A DNA stretch of 44,743 nt from an uncultured Candidatus Saccharibacteria bacterium (GTDB lineage Bacteria; Patescibacteriota; Minisyncoccia; Phycocordibacterales; UBA918), in contig CAZYTF010000002.1 in the NCBI GenBank assembly GCA_964649535.1, positions 1 to 44,743 of the forward strand, given 5' to 3'. Under the pieces are notes generated by a model, which was not told the DNA's origin, made no database searches, and was given only the letters and a program-made list of their open reading frames with translations. The position numbers were made by a program, and so were the translations under genes. Of the stretch, positions 35,324-43,785 are shown one piece after another (the first letter of the stretch is position 1; each line of letters starts with the position of its first letter).

Positions 35324-37842
35324 TTTTAGATAAATTTTTTGGTCCTTCATATACAAAAGAGCTCAAGAGTATTCAGCCGATTCTCGATGAAGTCAATGAG
35401 CGTGAGCATATGTATGCTACGTGTACTGACGATGACCTGAAAGCTCATGTGGAAGCGCTTAAGAAGCGAGTGTCAACGGGGGCAACGCTTGATGAGTTGT
35501 TGCCTGACATGTTTGCTATTGTCCGCGAAGTTTCTAAACGAACGCTTGGACTGCGTCACTACGACGTGCAAATCATTGGTGGTATTTTACTGCATCAAGG
35601 GAAAATAACTGAAATGCGTACAGGAGAAGGAAAAACACTTGTGGGTACTTTGCCTGCAGCGCTAAATGCGCTCCCTGGTAAAGGTGTGCACTTAGTAACA
35701 GTCAATGATTATCTTGCTCGAAGAGATGCGGTATGGATGGGGCAAATCTATGCAGGACTTGGACTTACGCTTGGCATTGTAAATAGTAACAACGAGTCAT
35801 TTCTCTATGATTCTGGCCATAAGGAAGTTGATGCGGAACGAGATGAAGAAGGTTCATACAAAGTTTTTTACGAATTTTTGCGCCCTTGTACTCGGAAGGA
35901 AGCATATGCGGCTGATATTACGTATGGGACAAATAGTGAGTTTGGTTTTGATTACCTTCGAGACAATATTGAGTTTGAAGCAGAGAATTTACGTCAGCGC
36001 GAGCATGCATTTGCAATTGTAGATGAAATTGACTCGATCCTTATTGACGAGGCAAGGACTCCGCTCATCATTTCCGCGCCAGCACAGGATTCAGAGAACC
36101 TGTATCATATCTTTGCAAAAATCTCAGGACGACTTAATGAAGGTGAGCATTTTACCCTCGATGAAAAAATGAAAAGTGCAACCCTTACTGATGAAGGTAT
36201 TGAGGAGGCTGAAAAAATGCTTGGCATTGAAAATATTTATACAGACAAAGGGATTAAGTATGTACATCATCTTGAGACTGCAGTTCGTGCAAAAGCACTC
36301 TTTCATAAAGATAAAGAGTACGTTGTTCGTGACAATGAGGTAGTAATTGTCGATGAATTTACGGGGAGACTCCAACCAGGACGGCGATGGTCTGATGGAT
36401 TGCATCAAGCTATAGAGGCGAAAGAGGGTGTGGCTATTCAGAAAGAATCGCGGACGTATGCATCTATTACATACCAAAATTACTTTCGTATGTATGAAAA
36501 GCTTTCGGGGATGACAGGGACGGCACTTACCTCGTCTGAAGAATTTTATTCTGTGTACAAACTTGAGGTATTACCTGTTCCTACAAATAAAGAAGTAAAA
36601 CGTCTCGATAGGAATGATTTAATTTTTCAAACTGTAAACGGTAAGCATCAAGCGATTATAAAAAAAGTTAAAGAAATCAATGCAAAGCAACAGCCAGTTT
36701 TGATTGGTACAGCATCAATTGATATGAATGAGTTGCTCTCGATTGACCTCACAAAGGCAGGAGTGAAACACGAAATTTTGAACGCCAAGAATCATGAGCG
36801 TGAAGGTGAGATTATTGCTGAGGCAGGAAAGAAGGGGAGAGTGACACTTGCTACAAACATGGCAGGACGTGGTGTGGACATTAAGCTAGGTGGCCCACTC
36901 GCGACAGAAGAAGAGCGGCAGGCTATCCTCGATCTTGGAGGTCTCTTTGTGCTTGGTACAGAGCGACATGAGGCACGACGTATTGATAACCAGTTACGTG
37001 GTCGCTCAGGACGTCAAGGTGATCCAGGTGAAACACAATTCTTTGTTTCTATGGAAGACCAGCTCATGCGTGTGTTTGGGGGTGATCGCATAAAAAGTCT
37101 GATGGGGACGTTTGGAATCCCAGAAGATCAACCAATTGAAAATCGAATGATTTCCAAGCAACTAGAGTCTGCACAAACCCGCATTGAAGGATTCCACTTT
37201 GATTCACGTAAACAAGTTTTGGCGTATGACAATGTGCTAAATCAACAGCGTCAGGTCATCTATGATCGTAGACGCAAGTTGCTTACAGGTACCGGAGCAG
37301 AAGTTAAGCAAATACTTAAAGAACTTGAGGAAGCTGTTCCGGAAGTTGCATCAGCAGTTGCCGAAAAAGAGAAGGAATTTGGCACAGAAGCAATGCTCGA
37401 GCTTGTGCGGAAGTTGGCACTTCAGATGACGGACATTCTCTGGGTAGAACATCTTGAGGTGATGCAGTACACACGTTCTAGCGTTAACTTGCGTGCGTAT
37501 GGTCAACGTGATCCGCTTATTGAGTATAGAAGAGAGGGACTGCGACTTTTTGGTGAAATGCAGCAAGTTACATTACATCGTATTGCAGAAGTGATTCCGC
37601 AACTTAAGCCGGAAGCAATCAGAAGAGAAGAGCAGGAAATGAAGGAGGAGCGCAAGAGAATTCAGGAAGTTGGAGGCAGTGCGCCAAATACCAAAGCTCC
37701 ACGACAGCGAGTTAATAACGATGAGTTTGGACGCAACGATTTGGTGACGATAACAAACGGGACTGAAACGAAAGAAATGAAGTACAAGAAAGCCGAGGCT
37801 CTTCTTGCTGAAGGGGAATGGAGTATTGTAAAAAATAAGTAG
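35317..37842 (+). CDS. secA: Preprotein translocase ATPase SecA
   Basis: MRTGEGKTLV Walker A, VDEIDSILIDEARTPLIIS, TNMAGRGVDIKLGG and RIDNQLRGRSGRQGDPG. Confidence 0.97.
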   Translation: MSFLDKFFGPSYTKELKSIQPILDEVNEREHMYATCTDDDLKAHVEALKKRVSTGATLDELLPDMFAIVREVSKRTLGLRHYDVQIIGGILLHQGKITEMRTGEGKTLVGTLPAALNALPGKGVHLVTVNDYLARRDAVWMGQIYAGLGLTLGIVNSNNESFLYDSGHKEVDAERDEEGSYKVFYEFLRPCTRKEAYAADITYGTNSEFGFDYLRDNIEFEAENLRQREHAFAIVDEIDSILIDEARTPLIISAPAQDSENLYHIFAKISGRLNEGEHFTLDEKMKSATLTDEGIEEAEKMLGIENIYTDKGIKYVHHLETAVRAKALFHKDKEYVVRDNEVVIVDEFTGRLQPGRRWSDGLHQAIEAKEGVAIQKESRTYASITYQNYFRMYEKLSGMTGTALTSSEEFYSVYKLEVLPVPTNKEVKRLDRNDLIFQTVNGKHQAIIKKVKEINAKQQPVLIGTASIDMNELLSIDLTKAGVKHEILNAKNHEREGEIIAEAGKKGRVTLATNMAGRGVDIKLGGPLATEEERQAILDLGGLFVLGTERHEARRIDNQLRGRSGRQGDPGETQFFVSMEDQLMRVFGGDRIKSLMGTFGIPEDQPIENRMISKQLESAQTRIEGFHFDSRKQVLAYDNVLNQQRQVIYDRRRKLLTGTGAEVKQILKELEEAVPEVASAVAEKEKEFGTEAMLELVRKLALQMTDILWVEHLEVMQYTRSSVNLRAYGQRDPLIEYRREGLRLFGEMQQVTLHRIAEVIPQLKPEAIRREEQEMKEERKRIQEVGGSAPNTKAPRQRVNNDEFGRNDLVTITNGTETKEMKYKKAEALLAEGEWSIVKNK

Positions 37843-37860
37843 GTAGCATAGGTTGAAAGT

Positions 37861-37905
37861 AATGAAAGAGCCGAGGGATGCATAGCATCCCTCGGCTCTT
37901 TCATT
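37861..37905 (+). terminator. Perfect 21-bp stem / 3-nt loop hairpin after secA (terminator-like, no clear U-tract)
   Basis: aatgaaagagccgagggatgc-ata-gcatccctcggctctttcatt, 18 nt after the secA stop. Confidence 0.6.
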
Positions 37906-37935
37906 TATAGTATTATTCTGTACTATAGTGTTCAT

Positions 37936-38271
37936 ATGAAAATTTTTGCACGTATTCTAATTACAGCCCTAGCACTTCTAATAGTAGCTAGATTGATACC
38001 AACAATACAGGTCGAAGGATTTTACGCCGCAATCATTGCTGCGCTTGTGTTAGGTGTGCTCAATTTACTTGTGAGACCACTTCTCATCATTCTTACGCTA
38101 CCTATTACGATAGTCACACTTGGATTTTTTATTTTCGTTATCAATGCACTGTTGTTCTCATTCGTCGCATCCTTTGTAGAAGGCTTTGCGGTGCAGGGCT
38201 TTTTAGCAGCATTTATTGGTTCATTTGTAGTTTCAGTTATTAGCACAATTGGAAATAGGTTTATCTCATGA
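37936..38271 (+). CDS. Small 4-TM membrane protein, DUF360 / phage-holin-family-4-like (YvlD-like)
   Basis: An 111-aa protein with LVLGVLNLLVRPLLIILTLPITIVTLGFFIFVINALLF, typical of this family. Confidence 0.6.
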   Translation: MKIFARILITALALLIVARLIPTIQVEGFYAAIIAALVLGVLNLLVRPLLIILTLPITIVTLGFFIFVINALLFSFVASFVEGFAVQGFLAAFIGSFVVSVISTIGNRFIS

Positions 38272-38903
38272 CCAGAGCGTTACGTACATACCTGCCAGCG
38301 GCACTCTTTATTGCTGCCTGCATAGTTATCCCATTTTTTGCTGAGCCGGTTACATTTTTTAAAACATACATATCGGGCATGGACATCGTTAGCTACGTCA
38401 CGTATGTCTTGTTACTTATCGTAGCAGTGGTACTCATGCCACTCACCGTCATGCCACTCATCCCGCTTGCTGCAAGTATCCTCGGTCCCTTTATGACTGC
38501 GATTTTAAGCATCCTGGGCTGGACATTAGGGGCAATGATAGCGTTCCTCATTTCGCGTCATTTGGGCAGACCTGTGCTTAAAAAGTTTATCTCGCTCCAA
38601 AAGCTCGATGACTTACTTGAGATATTTCCTGACCGAACACGCTTTTTGTTTGTAGTGATTTTAAGACTTACCTTACCTGTAGATATAGTAAGCTACGCAC
38701 TTGGATTGACGAAATCACTAGGTTTTATTGAGTATTCTTTGGCCACATTCCTTGGAGTCATCTGGTTTTCGTTCGCTTTTGCATATTTGGGGGAAGCGCT
38801 TCTGACAGGAAACATGCCCCTACTTATCGAACTTGGAGGAGCATCACTTGTTATTTTCCTCATTGGATGGTATTTGTTAAGGCAATCAAGAAATAACTCA
38901 TAA
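38268..38903 (+). CDS. TVP38/TMEM64 (DedA-related, SNARE-associated) family membrane protein
   Basis: A polytopic 211-aa protein with GWTLGAMIAFLISRHLGRP and RLTLPVDIVSYALGLTK segments. The ATGA start overlaps the upstream stop. Confidence 0.5.
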   Translation: MTRALRTYLPAALFIAACIVIPFFAEPVTFFKTYISGMDIVSYVTYVLLLIVAVVLMPLTVMPLIPLAASILGPFMTAILSILGWTLGAMIAFLISRHLGRPVLKKFISLQKLDDLLEIFPDRTRFLFVVILRLTLPVDIVSYALGLTKSLGFIEYSLATFLGVIWFSFAFAYLGEALLTGNMPLLIELGGASLVIFLIGWYLLRQSRNNS

Positions 38904-38906
38904 TCT

Positions 38907-39917
38907 ATGTTTGTCGATCAAATTGAAATATATGCAAAAGCTGGAGACGGTGGCGACGGTGTCGTACGCTGGGCTCGTGCAAAATATCGGCCAAAGGCCG
39001 GACCATCAGGCGGTGATGCTGGACGGGGTGGAGATGTGTACGTACAGGCAGTACGCGATTTAAATATACTTTCTAAATACACAGGCGACAAAAAGTTTGT
39101 TGCAAAAAGAGGTGAGGACGGAAGGTCAGACAGCGAATATGGAAAAGCAAGTAACGACGTAATAATAAAAGTACCCGTAGGTTCAAAAGTTACTGACCTT
39201 GCACGTGGGCGAGTATTCGAGGTTCTTAAGGAGAATGAAATCATACAAATTCTAAAGGGTGGAGCCGGAGGGCGAGGTAACAAACGATTTAAAACTTCAA
39301 TTAACAGATCTCCACAAGAAGCAACAGGCGGTAAGCCCGGTGAAGATGGTGACTTCCGGATTGAGCTCTCTATGATAGCCGACGTGGGACTCGTTGGTTT
39401 GCCGAACGCTGGTAAGTCAACACTTATAAATGCATTAACAAATGCCAGTTCGCAAATTGGTTCATATGAGTTTACTACACTAGAGCCGCACCTAGGAAAT
39501 TTTTATGGGTACCTTATAGCAGACATTCCTGGTCTTATTGAAGGAGCACATACAGGGAAGGGGCTGGGCGACAAGTTTTTGAAGCATATTTCACGTACAA
39601 AAATGCTCCTCCATCTCGTCTCTCTTGAGCACGATGACCCAAATAAACAATTTTTACTGATAAAAAATGAGTTAGCTAATTACGATGCAAGCCTAACTGA
39701 AAAGGAATCATGGATTGTGTTAACTAAAAAAGACCTTATAAATAAGGATAAAATTGATACTGTGATGGATAGTATTGACAGAAATGAGAATCGTGTGTTT
39801 GTAATCTCTGTTGAGACTGGTGAAGGACTCCCAGAATTGAAAAAAGCACTTGCGGAGCACCTCCAAAGTGACCAGTTTGAAGATAGTATTTCTGCGTCAC
39901 ATTCAGAACGCGAGTAA
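38907..39917 (+). CDS. obg: GTPase Obg/CgtA
   Basis: MFVDQIEIYAKAGDGGDGVVRW with a Gly-rich Obg fold, G1 GLPNAGKST and G3 DIPGLIEGA. Confidence 0.95.
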   Translation: MFVDQIEIYAKAGDGGDGVVRWARAKYRPKAGPSGGDAGRGGDVYVQAVRDLNILSKYTGDKKFVAKRGEDGRSDSEYGKASNDVIIKVPVGSKVTDLARGRVFEVLKENEIIQILKGGAGGRGNKRFKTSINRSPQEATGGKPGEDGDFRIELSMIADVGLVGLPNAGKSTLINALTNASSQIGSYEFTTLEPHLGNFYGYLIADIPGLIEGAHTGKGLGDKFLKHISRTKMLLHLVSLEHDDPNKQFLLIKNELANYDASLTEKESWIVLTKKDLINKDKIDTVMDSIDRNENRVFVISVETGEGLPELKKALAEHLQSDQFEDSISASHSERE

Positions 39918-39970
39918 AACAAATATAAATGCTCTTGTGAAGCAACTTCAGAGAGGGTACTATAGCATCA

Positions 39971-41392
39971 ATGTCATCATATAAAACAACTGTTGGAATC
40001 GAAGTCCATGCAGAACTAAAAACAGAAAGCAAAATGTTTTGTGCGTGTAGAAATGAACCACATGCAGCTGAACCAAATATGCATATTTGTCCAGTTTGTA
40101 TGGCGCACCCAGGCACACTCCCTACAGTCAACAAACAAGCAGTTTCATATTTATTTCAAATTGGCAAAGCTATTGGGGGAACCCTTGCTGAGTACAGTGA
40201 GTTCGATAGGAAAAATTATTTTTATCCTGACATACCCAAGGCGTATCAGATAAGTCAGCTTCAATTTCCTTTTGTAACAGGAGGCGAGTTAGGTGGTGTT
40301 GCTATAACTCGAATACATCTTGAGGAAGACACAGCTCGAAGTCAGCACGATCAGGGCGACGGAAGTCTTGTAGATTTTAACAGGGCAGGAGTACCGCTTA
40401 TGGAACTTGTTACTGAGCCAGTGATTCATGATTCGAAGGAGGCTGGTGATTTTGCAAAAGAACTTCAGCTCATGCTCAGAACACTAGGTCTGTCGGATGC
40501 AAATATGGAAAAAGGGGAGATGCGTGTTGAGGCAAATATTTCTGTCAGCAAAGATGATACGCTTGGTACAAAAGTTGAAGTTAAGAATCTGAACTCCTTT
40601 AAGTCAGTTGAGTCTGCCATTGATTTCGAAACAAAGAGGCAAATCGAACTTATTGAAAAAGGAGAACTAGTACTTCAGGAGACAAGAGGATGGGACGAAA
40701 ATAAAGGTAAGTCATTTAGTCAACGAATGAAGGAAAGTGCTGATGACTATCGCTATTTTCCTGACCCAGATATTCCTAAGTTCTTGAGGAGCCAGGTGCC
40801 AGAGTTTTCAGATTCTCGTGTATCCGAGATTATTAAAAAAACCCCTAGTTTTAAAAGGAATTACTATGCAAATCTCGGATTGCCTGTAGATCAAATTGAG
40901 ATTATCATTTCAGATAATAAGCGTGACAAATTTGTCCTTGAAGCGCTTGAGTCAGTGGATAAACCAGAGTCCATAGCAAAGGCAGTCGCTAACTATTTCA
41001 CTAGCGATGTGTTAAGTATTATAGATTCAGGAGATGTATCGCTTGAGACTGCTAATCCGAGTTATTTTGCGCAACTTGTTCGTATGGTTTCTCAAAATGA
41101 AATTACTTCTCGTGTAGCCAAAGATATATTGAAAGAGGTTGTATTTGAATGTAATGAGCCAAATCAACTAGCAAAATCAAGGAATTTACTACAACAAAAC
41201 AATGCAGATGAACTTGTGCCTCTAATCAAATCTATTCTTGCTGATAATCAAAGTGTTGTTGATGAGTATAGGTCTGGGAAGGGTTCTGCGATTCAGTTTC
41301 TTGTAGGACAAGGCATGAAGGTTACAAGAGGTTCAGCTAACCCAGCGGTGCTCCTTTCTTTGCTGATTAAAGAGATTGAGTCTCAGAAGTAA
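39971..41392 (+). CDS. gatB: Asp-tRNA(Asn)/Glu-tRNA(Gln) amidotransferase subunit B
   Basis: VGIEVHAELKTESKMFC, CPVCMAHPGTLP, DRKNYFYPDIPKAYQISQ, HLEEDTA and NRAGVPLMELVTEP. Confidence 0.95.
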   Translation: MSSYKTTVGIEVHAELKTESKMFCACRNEPHAAEPNMHICPVCMAHPGTLPTVNKQAVSYLFQIGKAIGGTLAEYSEFDRKNYFYPDIPKAYQISQLQFPFVTGGELGGVAITRIHLEEDTARSQHDQGDGSLVDFNRAGVPLMELVTEPVIHDSKEAGDFAKELQLMLRTLGLSDANMEKGEMRVEANISVSKDDTLGTKVEVKNLNSFKSVESAIDFETKRQIELIEKGELVLQETRGWDENKGKSFSQRMKESADDYRYFPDPDIPKFLRSQVPEFSDSRVSEIIKKTPSFKRNYYANLGLPVDQIEIIISDNKRDKFVLEALESVDKPESIAKAVANYFTSDVLSIIDSGDVSLETANPSYFAQLVRMVSQNEITSRVAKDILKEVVFECNEPNQLAKSRNLLQQNNADELVPLIKSILADNQSVVDEYRSGKGSAIQFLVGQGMKVTRGSANPAVLLSLLIKEIESQK

Positions 41393-41453
41393 TACACACC
41401 CAAAGGCTCTTCTTTAAAGCGACCTTTGTTGCTTTTGGTGTATACTTAGCGCA

Positions 41454-42377
41454 ATGGAAAAGGTTACGTTTGGAGGTAAAACATACGTAAAAGCTAGTGT
41501 TATTGCCCAAAATCTCGGCTACACGACAGATTATGTCGGCCAGCTTTGTCGGTCAGAAAAAGCTGATTGCCAATTAGTCGGGCGAAGTTGGTTTGTAGAG
41601 GCCGATTCAATTAAGGTGCACAAATCAAATCGCTACAGGAGTACAAAAGCTGCGACTAAAAAAACTATCAAAAAACAACTCGGTGATTCAACAGAAACAA
41701 AAATTCATTTTGATTCATACAAAACACCAAAATCACCTATTTCAATCCGATACAATGCGGATGATTCTGAACTGTATCCATCCACCAAAAAGCAACCTCC
41801 TGAAAGTAGTCCTGTAAATCGAGAAGAATTCTCAAGTGAGCATGCTGTTGAACTTAAGAGGTTAACTGAAGATGGCGATTCAAATCCACAAAAAAAAGTA
41901 GGTCTACAGCTTAGTGGTGTGTTGAAAATAACTGAGCATAACTCTGATGATCTAGTTACATCTAGTGCAGATTTCAGCACCAGTTCAAAAGATATTCGCT
42001 CTCAAAGAAGCGTACAAGGGAACAGACTCATTGTAAAAAATGCCACAGAAAAGCCACTCAAGAGTGCAGCTACAAAACCTAAGGATGCACATACTCAAAG
42101 TGATCGTACAACTTTAAACACCAAATCACGCATAAAAAAATCAAGGGCAGTAGCCAATGCTTCAACTAAAGACGTTACTGTTTCAAAACACTCGCATAAA
42201 CTGTCGATATCCCTTGTTGTTTCTTTTGCAGTTTTTTTTGCTGTTTCCACTGTCGGTCTCGAGGCCCGAGTTGCTGCTGACAGCTCTCAGTCTGCAGTTC
42301 ACTACGCCTTTGCGCTGAAAGAGAGCTTTCTATATATTTACACGTACATAACTGCTGCACTAGCTGGTCTTCTCTAG
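41454..42377 (+). CDS. Hypothetical membrane-tethered protein: N-terminal HTH-like domain, long polar linker and a C-terminal TM helix
   Basis: The N-terminus KTYVKASVIAQNLGYTTDYVGQLCRSEKADCQLVGRSWFVEADSI is paralogous to the protein at 42974. TM segment LSISLVVSFAVFFAVSTVGL. Confidence 0.5.
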   Translation: MEKVTFGGKTYVKASVIAQNLGYTTDYVGQLCRSEKADCQLVGRSWFVEADSIKVHKSNRYRSTKAATKKTIKKQLGDSTETKIHFDSYKTPKSPISIRYNADDSELYPSTKKQPPESSPVNREEFSSEHAVELKRLTEDGDSNPQKKVGLQLSGVLKITEHNSDDLVTSSADFSTSSKDIRSQRSVQGNRLIVKNATEKPLKSAATKPKDAHTQSDRTTLNTKSRIKKSRAVANASTKDVTVSKHSHKLSISLVVSFAVFFAVSTVGLEARVAADSSQSAVHYAFALKESFLYIYTYITAALAGLL

Positions 42378-42973
42378 GGACTGTACAGAATGGACATGTT
42401 TCCATACTCATTGCGTCGACTCACATCATTTTTAACTGCACTATTTTATCTTTTTCAAAACTTTGACATGGAATCGCTATATAATCTAACGGCTTCAGTT
42501 TGAATATAAATGCCAGATTATATAAATATAAATATACGTATCTCGGATAGACGGGTTTTATATGATTTTCATGTAAAAGCACTTTCTATCATGAAATTAG
42601 ATTTTGGCGTAAGTGCTTAGCTAGAGTTTGCAAAGCCTGGAGCTTTGCATGCGTAAGGAAGAGTCTATGAGCGTATGCGGCTATTTAAAGCTTGATGTTG
42701 AGATAATTCGTTTGAAATTTAATCACGTCAGCTTCTCTTACTCTTTGAGGAGTCTGCGGATTTGAGGTCGTAACGTGCACTCTAATTTTGTTAATTTTCC
42801 CCCACCCGGACAGGTTTTTTGAGTGGTGTGTATTATGCGTAGAAATTTCTTTTTTTAAGCCTGTGAAATACTTTTTTATACTTGTAAATTTAAGTCCTTT
42901 CTTGTCCACATTTTAGCTCTTTTTTAGGGGCTTTAGAAGCGTTTTGCCTATATAATTTATAGAGTTTACGTCT

Positions 42974-43783
42974 ATGTCTCAAAGTCTATGTATCAATAAA
43001 AAAGAGTACCTTCCAAGCACTGTCCTTGCGAAGCAATTTAAATACTCTTCAGACTACATTTCAAAGCTTGCACGAGACGAAAAAATACTTGCAACGAGGG
43101 TTGGGCGCCAGTGGTTTGCTGAACCAGAATCACTTCGCGTATTTGCCTTACAAGCTGATGTTGAAAGCCGGATGAGACAGAGTCTTCTTAGTCGAGAAAG
43201 AAAAACCGAACGCAATCAACAAAGTGGTGAAGTGGAACAGGGTACTTTATTGCCAAATGTGCATAATGCCAACTTCAGCGCTTTTGCGCAATCAGTCGCT
43301 GTGCTCGCATGCGGCTTTTGTGTAGGCGGTGTTTCGTGGATGTACATTACGTCCGATTTTCACACGCGAGATTTTGCGCTGAATGCTCGTACGCTAGCGA
43401 GTGCGTTTGTTTCATCTACAGTACCGGATTTTTCAATTGCATATAGGAGTAATTTCTTTGCAGGTTCAAATGAGGCTTTGCTTTTTGGAACAAGAAGTGC
43501 AACCCCAGATTTAGAGCCTGTTTCTCAAATCATCTCGCAAGAATCTTTGGACGGAGTATTTACAACGCTCCCTGTCTTTTCAGACGAGAATGCATTGCGT
43601 CTGGAAATCCCTATACAGCAAACACAAACTACTCTAGAGAGTACACAAAAGTATTTTTCTGATGAAGTGATTGTGTCTCCTGGTAGTGACGCGTATGTGG
43701 TGCAGCCGGTATTCAGAGATTCTGCAGGGAAAAAATATGAATTTTCTCTAGTTCCCGTTCCTAATAAAAGTCACAACGAATAA
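42974..43783 (+). CDS. Hypothetical membrane-tethered protein: N-terminal HTH-like domain, TM helix and an extracytoplasmic C-terminal region of about 145 aa
   Basis: KEYLPSTVLAKQFKYSSDYISKLARDEKILATRVGRQWFAEPESL aligns with the 41454 protein (shared Y..DY...L.R.EK.....VGR.WF.E..S). TM segment FAQSVAVLACGFCVGGVSWMYI. Confidence 0.5.
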   Translation: MSQSLCINKKEYLPSTVLAKQFKYSSDYISKLARDEKILATRVGRQWFAEPESLRVFALQADVESRMRQSLLSRERKTERNQQSGEVEQGTLLPNVHNANFSAFAQSVAVLACGFCVGGVSWMYITSDFHTRDFALNARTLASAFVSSTVPDFSIAYRSNFFAGSNEALLFGTRSATPDLEPVSQIISQESLDGVFTTLPVFSDENALRLEIPIQQTQTTLESTQKYFSDEVIVSPGSDAYVVQPVFRDSAGKKYEFSLVPVPNKSHNE

Positions 43784-43785
43784 GT

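Noticed and set aside
42463-42485. TTGACA (42463-42468) and TATAAT (42480-42485) hexamers in the long intergenic gap
   Set aside because: The spacer is only 11 nt against the 16-18 nt needed for a sigma-70-type promoter, so I do not report it as a promoter.
42378-42973. Search for a tRNA, tmRNA, SRP RNA or CRISPR repeat in this and the other larger gaps (16817-16965, 20852-20948, 26501-26627, 31110-31279, 34490-34732, 34991-35316)
   Set aside because: I found no GTTCGAATC-type T-loop with matching stems, no tag-peptide-like reading frame and no regularly spaced direct repeats. The only tandem repeat found is the secA leader duplication, reported separately.
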